Assembly (NCBI GenBank): GCA_037131245.1 | Contig: JBAXRK010000012.1 | Location: 10,690-74,689, forward strand | Direction: 5' to 3' | Source: Candidatus Omnitrophota bacterium | GTDB taxonomy: Bacteria > Omnitrophota > Gorgyraeia > Zapsychrales > Fredricksoniimonadaceae | Length of the DNA: 64,000 bases | Shown here: positions 37,386-49,300 of the stretch, one piece after another | Layout: each line of letters opens with the position of its first letter | How positions within the stretch are numbered: position 1 is the first letter of the stretch | Position numbers and translations under genes: made by a program | Notes under the pieces: model-generated | Seen by the model: only the letters and a program-made list of their open reading frames with translations | What the model was told of the DNA's origin: nothing | The model's database searches: none

Positions 37386-40300
37386 TTACGGGTGAATTCT
37401 TCCAGCCGATACATACAGCGAAAATGCCTGCGGCGCCGCCGTGATCCTGCGGGCTAAAACAAGCGCCGGCTGCTCGCCCAAGGCACTATTCATGGTATTC
37501 TCCGCCGATCCGGTCGCGACGACCCGGATGGGTTTGTTTGCCGCCAATTGTCCAAGCACCCGCGCCACGTGGCGCGACGTTTCTTCCGAGAACGGCAAGA
37601 ACATAAAAAAAACCGTCGCGTCCTTAATATCACTGATCGACAATTCCCGGGCGTCTTTCTGCATGAACCCCGCGTTCAAAAGCCCCAAACGAGCGGCGAC
37701 CTCGCGGCTGCGCAAAACCCGTTCCGGCACCAGCTCCAGCCCGACGGATCTTCCGACAGGCGTAACGGCCGCGGCACAACAAACGAACCGGCCCAGGCCG
37801 GACCCCAGGTCGTAAAGAACATCATGCGCCGTCAAAGCCAGCTCCTCGAGGACGATCCTGATCTCTTCGTAACCGGTGGGCACATTCTCCGTTGTCTCGG
37901 AAGGCCAGCGGGCATCGTGCGCGAGAGCCTGCTCGCCGTCCATCAGGCCAAAGATATCACGATCGATCTCGTCGGCAAGCGCGTCTATCCGACGGGAGTC
38001 AGCGAATATGTCGCGCAGGCGCGCCACATGCGGCGAACTTTTGAGCGCCCTCAGGCGGGCGATCTCACCCAGCGAAGTGCGGCTCACCGCGATAATAACA
38101 TCAAACTTTTCCCCATTAAGCTGGGCGAGCTTGCGGCCGATCAGTTGACGCGCGAAAGCCGAGGCGCGCTGCCAGTCCGCCTCTTCCAGGCGCTGCCCTC
38201 CCCACTCGAGGCGGGCAAAGGTCAATACTTCCGAAGAAAAAAGCAAACCATGTACTTCATCTAACGGGAGCTTCAGGGAAAAACCTTTCTCGGTCACTGT
38301 CAAACCCGCCAACAGGTCACGCCGGCGCTCAAGATAAGCGCGCAAGGCAGGTGCCACCGCGCCTTTATCCGACTCGCCGAAATAAACCAGATTGCGGGTG
38401 CCGCGATAAGCCGGCTCGCAAAGGACCATCAAATGCGGCAACTTCGTATCACTGATGCCGCCGATGACCTGCTGGTACAGCTTGAACAGGGTCAAATGGA
38501 ACTTAAACTCGAAGACGGTCCGATCACTGACCGCATCGAATTCCTTACGGCGGGACTTTACCGGGACGATCACGTTCATCCCGGTTAGTTCGCCGAATTT
38601 GAGGCCCTCGAGCGGCGTCCCGCGATTGATCACGACCTCATAGATGCCCGATATCTCGCCGGATATCCCAAGGACACGCGCGGCATCCGGGCCACACTTG
38701 ATAGCGGCGACCATATCCGCCAGCGCTCGGCGGACGTACCCGCGGATCAAAGGAGTGTTCGGCCCCTGATAACGCATCAGCTCATTGGCCTTGCGTTCCA
38801 GGATCGCGGGTGAAAAATCGCGAGCCTGGAACGTGCCGATGATACCGAATTCACGCGCGAACGGCCGCTCTAACCCGGCGATGAGCATGTGCCAGGGATC
38901 GTCAATAGCCGTGATGTGACGCACCTGCGGATCACGCAGGGAATCCAGGACGGCGCGCGCGACCTCCTGATCGGCGTCCAGCGCGTGGCTTTCGCGGTAA
39001 CCGGCGACCAGTGTCGATGGGCCATCCTGCCCGATCACCGCGTCGTTCTCGTCAAATACCTGGACCGCTTCTATAATAAAACCGGCATTGAGACCGGCGC
39101 GCATGATCTCTCCGCCGAATTGTTTGATCCCGAGGATACAAAAATTTCCATCCGCGAGGCGGGCGTAAAAATTGTCGTCATTTTTCTTCAGCGGTAAAGC
39201 GAGCACCCTGGCGACAAGCTCTTCCGCCGCGTCTTCACGGCCCGTCGCCAGCAGCTTCTGATAAAAACAATTCACCGCCAGGGCCGCGCGCACGGCGGGC
39301 TCATGGTCGGCCTTAGCGGGTAATACCACTCTCATCACTGTCCGCGACTTAACCGTTGCGGGCACGGCTTCTTTCTTTTCTTTAAGTTCCTGCTCGGCCG
39401 CAGCCGCTTCTTCCTGCATCGCTTCGCGCTGTTCAGCGAAACGCTTATTGAGCGCCGCGTCAACACCCAGCTCCTCGGCCGCCGACCAGCGCGGCGACGG
39501 AGCCTGGATCTGACGAAGATACCGGCGCTCATGGTTAAAAACCCACGCCCCCTTAAGCAACACATAACCACTCGCGATCGACAAAAAAGCAACCCGGTAA
39601 AAATCGAACATCCCGTAAACGATCCCGGCGATCAATATGATCCAGGCCTCAACACCAAGATTCTTGAGCACTCTAAGGGCCAGAGAATGGGAAGGTATTT
39701 CGGCAACGGACGAAAGTGTATTCTGATAATTCCATCTGATATAGAGGAGGATAGAACCGGCAACAAGAATGATCACGCTGGCCACCGCGCCGTTGAACAA
39801 GCGCGCGAAAAGTTTCCAATCCGCGCTGGTGCTGTCGGCAACAGTAAAGTTCCTGGCCGCGGCGTCTTCCAGTTCGACCTTAGCAGGCGAGCGGATCCTG
39901 ATAGCGTTCGTGTCATGAACTCGTAAGGGAGCGGCATTAGTGGCCACTTGCGCCACAACCGGCGCATTTGTCGCGGCGACCGCTTCCCGCGGCATCACCG
40001 TCCCTAAAGATAACCAAAAGATAGCCAGCCCCGCGATCACGAGGCGCTTGAAAGGGACGGTTCTATTTAAAAAGTAAGTTTTATCTGCGGCATACAAAGC
40101 CTCACCCAGGAACAACGGACGGGCCGAAGGGTCGCCTCTGATCGCGTCAGTGAGCTCTCCGCCATAGGCCACTTCCTTAAGAAGATCTTCCGGCGCGCGC
40201 GCCGTAAACTCATCGTAAGCGGCCGGATCAAAATAAAACCGCCGGTCTTTCACATACACATTCGCCACCGTACCCGGCCATGGATGATAGCCGTGATCGC

Positions 40301-43300
40301 GCGCCAGGATATCCTGAAGGATCAGGTTCATCGACCGGGGATGGAATGCCCTGGCCTCCGGGAAAACCCTCCAGAAGATCCCAAGCAAATCCGTCATGAC
40401 TCCCCGGCCCCGCAAATCAGGGCGAACAGATATCCCGCGAATAGCATAGGCGTCACTATCAGGCAATGGCGCGCTGTATACCATTAGTTCGGAAATGAGC
40501 GGATCAGACAATTGACCTTCGGCCCAACCCTCCACCAACTCGATCGCCTTGCGCTCAGCAGAACGGCGGACAAACATCCGGAAAACACGTCCGGCGATCA
40601 TGAACGAAGCGCGGTAACCATAACGGTAAAAATGATTCTGCCCCAGATGAATGGACAGGGCCGCCCTCCAATCGGGCGCGGACTTGACCGCGTCATAAAG
40701 CGCGCCAAGATATAAACGCTCCGCACGGCTTACCGGGCGCAAGCCATCAAAGCGATGCGCCCAGATGAACACACGCCGGGAAAGGAACAGATAACGGATC
40801 AGAAAATTCTCAATGACGACGCCAAGCTCAAGGATCAGGTCTTTCAAACTTTCAAAGCCTGCACGGCGGTACACGAACCAGAACGGCAGGGTCATGCCCG
40901 GCACCCGACCTCTATCAGGGCTGAGGCGGGTAGAGGTTCGCCGGCGCAAGTCGTAAACATAGGTATGCTCCGCGATGAACGGCGCCACGGCGCGCGGGCC
41001 GTCGGCGAACGGCGAACGGACATTACGGATCACGGGAGCACCGGAACGGATCACCAGAAAGTCATGGGTGGCCGCGAAAGCCCGCAGGGCGCGGTCGATC
41101 CGGTCGGAGGCCTCGACCGACGAGGGAATGCCGGGGAACTCCGTGTGCCGGAAGATGATCCGGGAACGCGCCGTCAGAAAATCGGGGGCGAAGCGCAGGA
41201 ACATCTTCACATGATTGAAATAACAATAACGTTGCCCCAATTCATTGGCTGACACATCAAAACCATCGACCGGTGACGGCGTAAAAACGATCAGGTCGTA
41301 CAGGCGGGGCGGGATCCCGGTAAAAAGAGGGCTGCGGATCAACTCAAGACGCGGATCATCCGCGGCATAACCAAAAGACGCGGCATTCTCACGAACGGCG
41401 TTGAGCGCTTCCTCTTTAACATCGGTGAACATGACCCGGCGGGCATTGTGTTTAAGCATCAAAAGCCCAATCACCCCCGACCCAGCCCCCAGGTCCAGGC
41501 ACTCCCGGCCGGTAAGGTCGCCCAGGAGCGAGGACACCGTCGCGGTCAGCCGGGCGGACGGCGTATACACATGCCCGCGGCCGGCAATGATGCCCAACCC
41601 GTCGATGCTCACGCTAAGATCCGCACGATGCTCCTCGAAATATTTCTGCCGCGCTGCTTCGCGCCACGACACGTCACGTTCTTTCGATCTTCGAATAACG
41701 CCTTCCCTATCCCCACGGGCCTTACGGATCTTTTCGAAAGCCGGCAGATCATCCTCGAAAGGCGCGGCCATGCCCGGCGCGCCGGCACCCGAGCGCATCC
41801 AGCGGAAATTATTCAGCGCATGGATCCGGAAAGCCTCCTTCGCGGTCGTAGCCCGGCGAATAGAATAATAGAGCTGAACCAGATAGGGCCAATCAGAAAG
41901 CGGGTGAAGACCGAGATATTGGATAAGAGAGAGTTTGCCGGAACGGATCAGGGGGTTTTCGATCAAGGGTGCGAGGACACAGGCAATATAGCTCCGCTCC
42001 TCGTCGCCGCGAGCATGCTCGAACCACTCGCGCAAAGACAGCGACATACCCGGAGCCACCGTGTTAAACTGCTCAAGATCCGCTGCCTGAAAGGTCGAAA
42101 CATCCGCCGCAACGCTTCCTTCCGCCTTCAGGGCGCCAAGAAAAAAGTCCCGGTCAAAACCGAGCCCGACCATTCGTTGCACGCCGGCCTGTCGCAACAT
42201 CGCGGGGATCGAAGAATGCAAAGGCACCTCCTGGAGCACATACTCCCATTGCTCTTCTACGAAGTCCTGCGCGGTCTTCATCTCACGCCCCGGGAACAAC
42301 GCTGAAAAAAGCGGCACCTGCGGAACCCTGACTTTCGTTGCCAGAGTTTCCAGGAATTGCCGGTACTCACGGAACAAGTCTGCCGTCAGATTATTGCGTA
42401 ACGCCGGATCGTGGCTGGACGTTGTCAACATGACTTTCTTAAAGACCCCGGGTGGCGGAAGGTCCCGCGTCAACGCCTCAAAGGTGTCCGTCACATAAGA
42501 GACCGCGAAGGCGCGCTGTGAATATTGCAGGGCGATAGCCGCACCATGTTTTTTCAGGACGAGTTCAAGTTCATCGCGCGACAGCCCTCGTACAGCGCCG
42601 ATCCGGCGGACGCCCGAAAAATCGGATATCTGTTTAAGAAATACGATATTGCGGATGGTATGCTCAACCACATCTTCCAAGGCAAGTGCCCCGCTGGCAT
42701 AATACGCCGCGTCTGCCCCGCGGCTGGCGCCCATGACCGCCCGCGGCAAACCATAGCGCTCGCGATAATACTCCCACAAAGCCATATGATGCGCGGCAAT
42801 GGCCAGATGCACCGCAACCGTGGCGCCATCATCCATAAAAGCATCGGTACTTTGTTCAAAAGATAACGGGATGATGTCAAAGGCTGCATCGTTGAGAACG
42901 TTCCGCGCGGCATTGTTCACCCGGTCATAAAGCGCCCTCACCTCGGCCGAAGCGTCATAAAGGGCCCTCCCGCGCGACCCCGGCTTCTGGAATCCCGACG
43001 GCGGAAAGAAAACGGCTTCCGGCATGAGAACGCTTGGACCCCTTTGGCTGATGATCCCGGTCAATTCACGGCCCGCGTGCGCCCTGGCCATCGCCGCGAT
43101 ATGAGAGGGGCTAAGCTGGCCCCATGTAAGGCCGGCCAAATTCGTATACGTTGGTGAAAGAGCATTCTCCCGCGCCAAGGCCACCAACGCGTGGATCAGA
43201 TCGATCCACTGTTGAGAGGCCTTTCTCCTGACGGCCAATAGATCCCAGACTTTCGTCTCCAGAAGGGACATTACCGCCGGCGGCGGCACCGGGGCCTGGC

Positions 43301-46300
43301 CCGGAACTGTCAGGCGGCCACCTAAAACAGCGTCCCAAGCTTCGCTCCAACCGCCAAAAAGCTCTCCCATCCGCTCTACCCATTGACGGCCTTCAGCCGT
43401 TTTTTCCAGGGCTGTTTTCTTGATCGACGGCTGCGCTTTCATCCAGGCCAGGCATTGAACCCGCCGGTCCTCCCAGGCCCTGACATAAGCATCTTCCGCG
43501 GCACCGATCGATATCCCCTTGGCCAGCGCCGCGCTCGCTTCTTCCATAACAAGAACCTTCAAGCGGATCAGCGCCTGATTCTGGATCTGCCGGATCCGCT
43601 CACGGGTAACCCCGAACTGCACGCCCACTTCCTCCAGTGTCCGTTTCTGTTCGTCCGCGTCACTAAATCCAAAACGCTGCTCCAGGATCGCGCGCTCGAC
43701 GTCCGTCAGCCGGGCCAGCAGCGGACGCAAAACAGACGGATCCTCAAGAAGCTTTAACGCCAGGGAAAGATTGCTATCGGGCTCAGGCGCGGCAATGCTC
43801 TCGTGCTGGCTGCCCTCTTCATTATCGCCGACCGGCGCGTCGATCGAGACCGGCCACGCTGTTTCAAGATCACCCAGGACCTGGATGATCTTTTCCACCG
43901 GCCAATCCTTGCCCTGCTCTTTCAATTTCCTGGAAATGACTTCAGGCGTGTGGCGCGGATCGCGCAGGTCGATCCCCTGGCAATCCTTCAGGAATTTGGC
44001 CATCGCTTCCTGCGCGTGAACCGGGATACGGATGGTACGCGGGTCATCATGCAAGGCCCGGCGGATCATCTGCTTGATCCGCCAACTCCCGTAAGTCGAG
44101 AACTTGGCATTGTCCGGCCGGAACCGCTCGGCCGCTTTCAAAAGCCCGATATTGCCTTCCTGGATCAAGTCGAACAGAGAGAGCCCCCGATGCTCAAATT
44201 GCCGGGCGATCGAAACGACCAGGCGGTAATTCGCCTCGGCCAATTCTTTTTCCGCCGCTTTATCACCCTGCTGGATCCTTCGGGCCAAAACTTGCTCCTG
44301 TTCTATGGTCAACCGCGCGAAGCGCCCGATCTGACGCAAATACCAGGACATCTCGTCCATCCGGACGTCTTTTTTATCAACGATCAATAGATCTTCTTCA
44401 TCGTCTTTCGTATCAATATCGGCAGGCAGGATCCCTTCGTCATCAACGGCGGCATCATCATCGCGACGCGATGGTTTGCGCCCCCTGAACTTACCCGCCA
44501 TGCCCGCTGCCCCGACACCGTGCTCGTACCATTCAAGGTTATTGTCATAATGAATACCGATCGCGGCGCGCAAGCTGGGCGCCTGGATCATTGCCACGAA
44601 CAACCGGGTAAGCCAGACAGCATCTTCCGACGGATGAAAAGCTAGATACCGTTTTAAGGAAATGAACGAATAGTAGACCAGCGGCGTTTCCAGGAAGCTT
44701 GGCAAGAAGACCCCTACCAGATATTTCAGCCAGCGCCGCTCGACCCGATCATAGGCCCAGCGTAGCGGCACCATCATCCCGGGACGTGGCACGACCGCCT
44801 CAAACGCCCGCTGTAGGGCCGAGGTATCCGCGACCCTCACCTTTGACGGCGATGCCAGCGCCGACGCCATCACCCCGGCGAATGGCTTCCATTCATCCGC
44901 TAATTGCCCGGCCAGCTCTTCGATCGACGGGCCACGGTCGTATGTATGCGCGAAATCGCGGAACGTGGTCCAGCGGCCGTTATACAGGAACTGACTGCTG
45001 CCGGTCGCCATCTCAAAAAGAATGACCCCCAGGGTATAAACGTGTTGGCGGGGCGAGAACGGGTCACTGGAAAAATCGGGATCGAAATAATCCGGCGTGC
45101 CCTCAAGGCTGTCCTTCATGGGATGGCCGAAAGGACGATTCGACCCGAAATCGATCATTTTAACGCCGACCTGCTGATGCAGGAACAGGTTCACGGTCTT
45201 AAGATCGACCGCGACCCATCCCAAACGCTCGACCGCGCCCACCGCGCGCAGCAGATTACGGAACACAGGAAGCGCCACAGCCGGATGGCGATGCGCGGGA
45301 TCCTGCAGCCAGTCAAAAAGGGTGTCGCCGGGGATAAATTCGAGCGCGAACCAGACAAAAGGAAGCCCGGGGGCGATCCGCGGCTCATCGATACGGCGGG
45401 CCATGAATTCACGGCTCTCCGTGCGTGTTGAAAAAAGCCGGTAAAAATACGATTCCCACAGATACGGATCTTCCGTCTCCGGGGCCTTGCCCTCCTGGAT
45501 CTGGCGGGTCTGCTTTTTATCGACCTGCGGCGCGCGGATGAACTTGAGGACCACTTTCTGCCCGCGCGTGAACGTCGCCAGGAAAACCGCGCTGAGATTG
45601 GTGCGATAGATCACCTTGGTGATCGTGTAACCGGCGAATATATCGCCTTCGCCGGGGATCTGCCGCAACAGGTCAATCGCCTCGAGGTAAAACTCTTCCG
45701 CGGAAATGCCCTGCTCACGCGCCAGGTTAACATCATGACGGAACTGATCCCAGCGCACCGATGATCCTTCGCGGGCGCCTTCCACTATATAACGATCAAT
45801 GTAATAGTGAACCAACCAGTCATCCGTATCGCCCATCGCATGCAGGAATTCCTCGGCCACCACTGTTGCCGCCAGAAAAGAGGGTGCTTCCAGCAAATCC
45901 CACGACATCACAATCGTGCGACCCTGTGCTTCATGCTTGACCAGCGCCAGGAACGATGAATATTCAAAATTACGAAAAACAACCGTGAACGTTTTTTCAT
46001 CGGGAAAAGCCCGATGGGTTTTTTCTTGATAGATATGCCTGGCGATCGCAAGCCCTCCACGGAACGTTTCACTGGCCAGAAAAGCTTCGGCCTGCGCGCG
46101 CCCCTCATCGATGCCCTCCAGGCGCACGCCACTGAGCTCACCGGCCTTCAGCGTCACCGAGGCTCGGATACGCCCAAGCACGGCAAAAAGCTGCTGGCGC
46201 TCCGGCGTTTCCCTCTCGACAATAAACCGCGACCCGGACACACGGACATGGTCAAGGGCCGCCCGCCAATCGCCATTAAACCTTCGCTCGACATCATCGA

Positions 46301-49300
46301 AAGTGATCGAACCGGAACGGTCGAGGAAGTAATGCTCATACTGCGGCAGGCGGTCATTGATCATCGGCAGGCGCATCCAATCGGCGAGATGCGAAACCCC
46401 GGAATTGACGGTCACGATCGCGGTGTGGTCGGTCAAGGTCACTAGTGCCGCCAAGCGCTCCAGGTCATTCTCGCCCTCGCACCGAAAGCCCAGCGGGATC
46501 ACTCTCCCGTGCATCGCGGAAAGCTCAGCATGCAACTCTGCCAATAAAGCCATCTTGTCCCTGGTGCCCGCGCCTTCATTGAACATCATGAAAACGTCCG
46601 GATGCGCGGCTGCCAAGCTTGGCAGGATCCGCCTGAAGCTCTCTACCCTGGCGCGGTAATAGCTCCCGGACACCGGGTTTAAAATGATCACGGTCGAATG
46701 CTCGTTAAATCCGGGATAGGCCGCCGCGACCGCCTTCACCATACCGCGCCGCCTTTTATTGACTGCGGGGCTCAAGTGCTCGCGTTTAAGATGATCAGGG
46801 CCGTCAGCGGACACGACACCCAACTCCCGCAGCACCTGCTTCTGGGCTTCAAAGCCTTTGCCACCGGCGGGCCTTGTATACTCCTGCCAAACAGGGCGCA
46901 ACAGTTGCGCGGTATCCGACCGCAACGACACGCTCGCCGCAACCTCAGGGCCTGTCCCCGCCAGGCCAAGATCGGCCAGCAAAACATCATTGCCGCATTT
47001 ACAACTCTGGATGAGCAAAAGATCATCAAAGGACATCTGCCGGAGACGGCTGCAGTCCCTGAACGTGACCTTGCGGGCCAGGACGGCAGGATCAACGATC
47101 TCAAGAAGAGAGGAATCGCAATAAAGCCGCGCGCGCGGAAAGGCCTCTTTCAGGCGGGTCGGGAACAACATCCAAAGCGACAATAATTGCTCGCTAAGAT
47201 CACGGTTATGATCGATAACAACGACTTCTTTGACCATCGCCAACGCCCCGCGACCACGGAAAAACCAGTTAAGGTTATGGTCGAAATGCCAGGCAAAACG
47301 TTCGGCATAAGGCCAATGGGCGGGATCGGTACGCAAAGCAAACTGATAAACACTCTTGTACTCGTTGCTGTATTGCGGATAACCGTGCGCCTCGGCGAAG
47401 ATCCGGCTGCGCGCTTCGACCGACCCAATCGTTCCCGCCTCGCCGCGCTCAACCTGCTGACGATACAGCGCCTCGCGCCAGCGCTCTTCGGCGGCGGCCT
47501 GCTTCTTGATAACTGGGCGGGCGATCCACCACGGCAGGCGATACCCGATAATTCCCGCCGCCATCATGGCCGGCACACCCCAGGACATCGCCAGCACCGC
47601 GCCGATCATAGCGACGATAATCCGGGTCCCTTTATGGGCCAACTCCGCCACCAGCGTCCGCCGCCACCCGGGGAACATGGCCGGCGCCGCGGCACTATTG
47701 ATCTCTCCATAAGGGATATGCACCACCGGTGTTCCCGGTGGGGCTTTCTGCAGATGCTTAAGCTGGTCGTCAAAATACACATGCGGCTTGAGGACCCTGA
47801 GCACATCAGCTTTGGCCCCGCCGTCCATAAAGAAGATCTGATCAAGTTCAATGCCCCAGGCCTTAAAGGTCGTCGCCACGCGGGCGGAAGCTCCCAGCCC
47901 CCTGGCCGTAACCACGCTCAAATGGACCAGCGGCCTGGCTCCATCTAAAGAGTCACATCGCAGAGCATCCCTTCTCTTCAAGCCCGCAATAGCCACCAAT
48001 AGGCCATGCAAAGGCCCGGGCAAATGCGGCGTCGCGGCATTAGCCTGCTCGAAGGCGTTAAATTTCTCAACGGACTTGGTCGCCTGGAAAACCTGTTCCG
48101 CCCTGTCGGTAAATGCCACACCGTCAAGATCGGCCGTGATGCGAAGCTGGGGATCCGCCGGATCATCCTCGACCGGGCCGGGAATGACCCATCCGGCGGA
48201 ATAACCGGCCCGGACCGCGGCCCTGGTATCGGCTTCATTGCCGGTCAGAAAGATATGAACACCAAAAGCGGGAATATAGGGAACGGGCGATTCACCGGAA
48301 GTAAATACCGCCTTCTCAATAGGCAGTTGATAAAACTTGTTGCTGTTATTGATCCGAAGGCCGGTCTCGAGGGTATTGTGTGACAGGATGGCGACCTGCA
48401 CAGCGCCGGGGTAAACGTCATTAAGCGCCAAGAGACGTCGGATGAACGGGAACGCGCGGCCCGGTTTAAAAGGCTCGTTCACATGCGACAACTGATAATC
48501 ACGGAACGCTTCCGGTCCCTGGGACTCAAACACCTGATGCGATTCCCCCAAGTCATACAAAGCACTGGAGGCAACACCGACCACCAGCTTGCCCCAGGAT
48601 GCCGCCGCTATGTCCGTATGCCGGCGGCAAACGGTCATTTCATCGGCATCATCAAAATGCTGTTCTTCATGAAGCGTAATCTGTTCACGGATGATCCGGG
48701 GGAATAAAGGAAAGAAAGAAGGATACTCGATCGCATCGCCAGTACGCCAGGCCAGCGGCATATGCTCGTCGATCGGCGGCGCGCGCGGGCTCTGCCGGAG
48801 CCTCTCAACGGCCCGAATGATAGCGCTATAGATCTCGGCCATTTTCACATTGCCGGTACGCTGAGCTTCCGCCACGGCCATCCTGGATGTCTCAAGCGTC
48901 AATGCTTTCACCTGACCAGGCCGGGTAACATACGGCTCCATTTCACCCTGGTGCCAGTGAGTGCACGGAACGATGACCCCGTCGACCTGGCGCTGCTCAA
49001 GGAACATCTCGTATCCATCAAAACGCACGCTTCTCACCGGTCCTTTGATCCGGCGCAACTCAACAGGCACTCCTCGCGCGAATAGAGAGTCAAATCCGCG
49101 CTTGAAATCGCCGCGGCCGGCGCGGTCGAGTTCACGGATGATCGCCGACACCAGGGCCATGGTCTGCTCCGCCCAAGTCGATAAGAAAACAACGCCCTTT
49201 TCCCTGACAGGATAATCCCGCGGATGATCACCGACCACGATCATCCGGCCCGCCGGATGGCGGACTCCCAACTGAGCGATGACCTCATCGTAAACCTTGC

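Noticed and set aside
38499-38546. PD-(D/E)xK nuclease-like motif (FDAVSDRTVFEFKF) upstream of the C-terminal methyltransferase, hinting at a restriction-modification-like pair
   Set aside because: The motif is too short and degenerate to support without profile or structure evidence. I recorded it only as something to test with HHpred.
48657-48671. Second HExxH string (HEEQH at aa 5110-5114)
   Set aside because: It is a five-residue match in an acidic, unassigned stretch with no supporting peptidase context. This could easily be chance.
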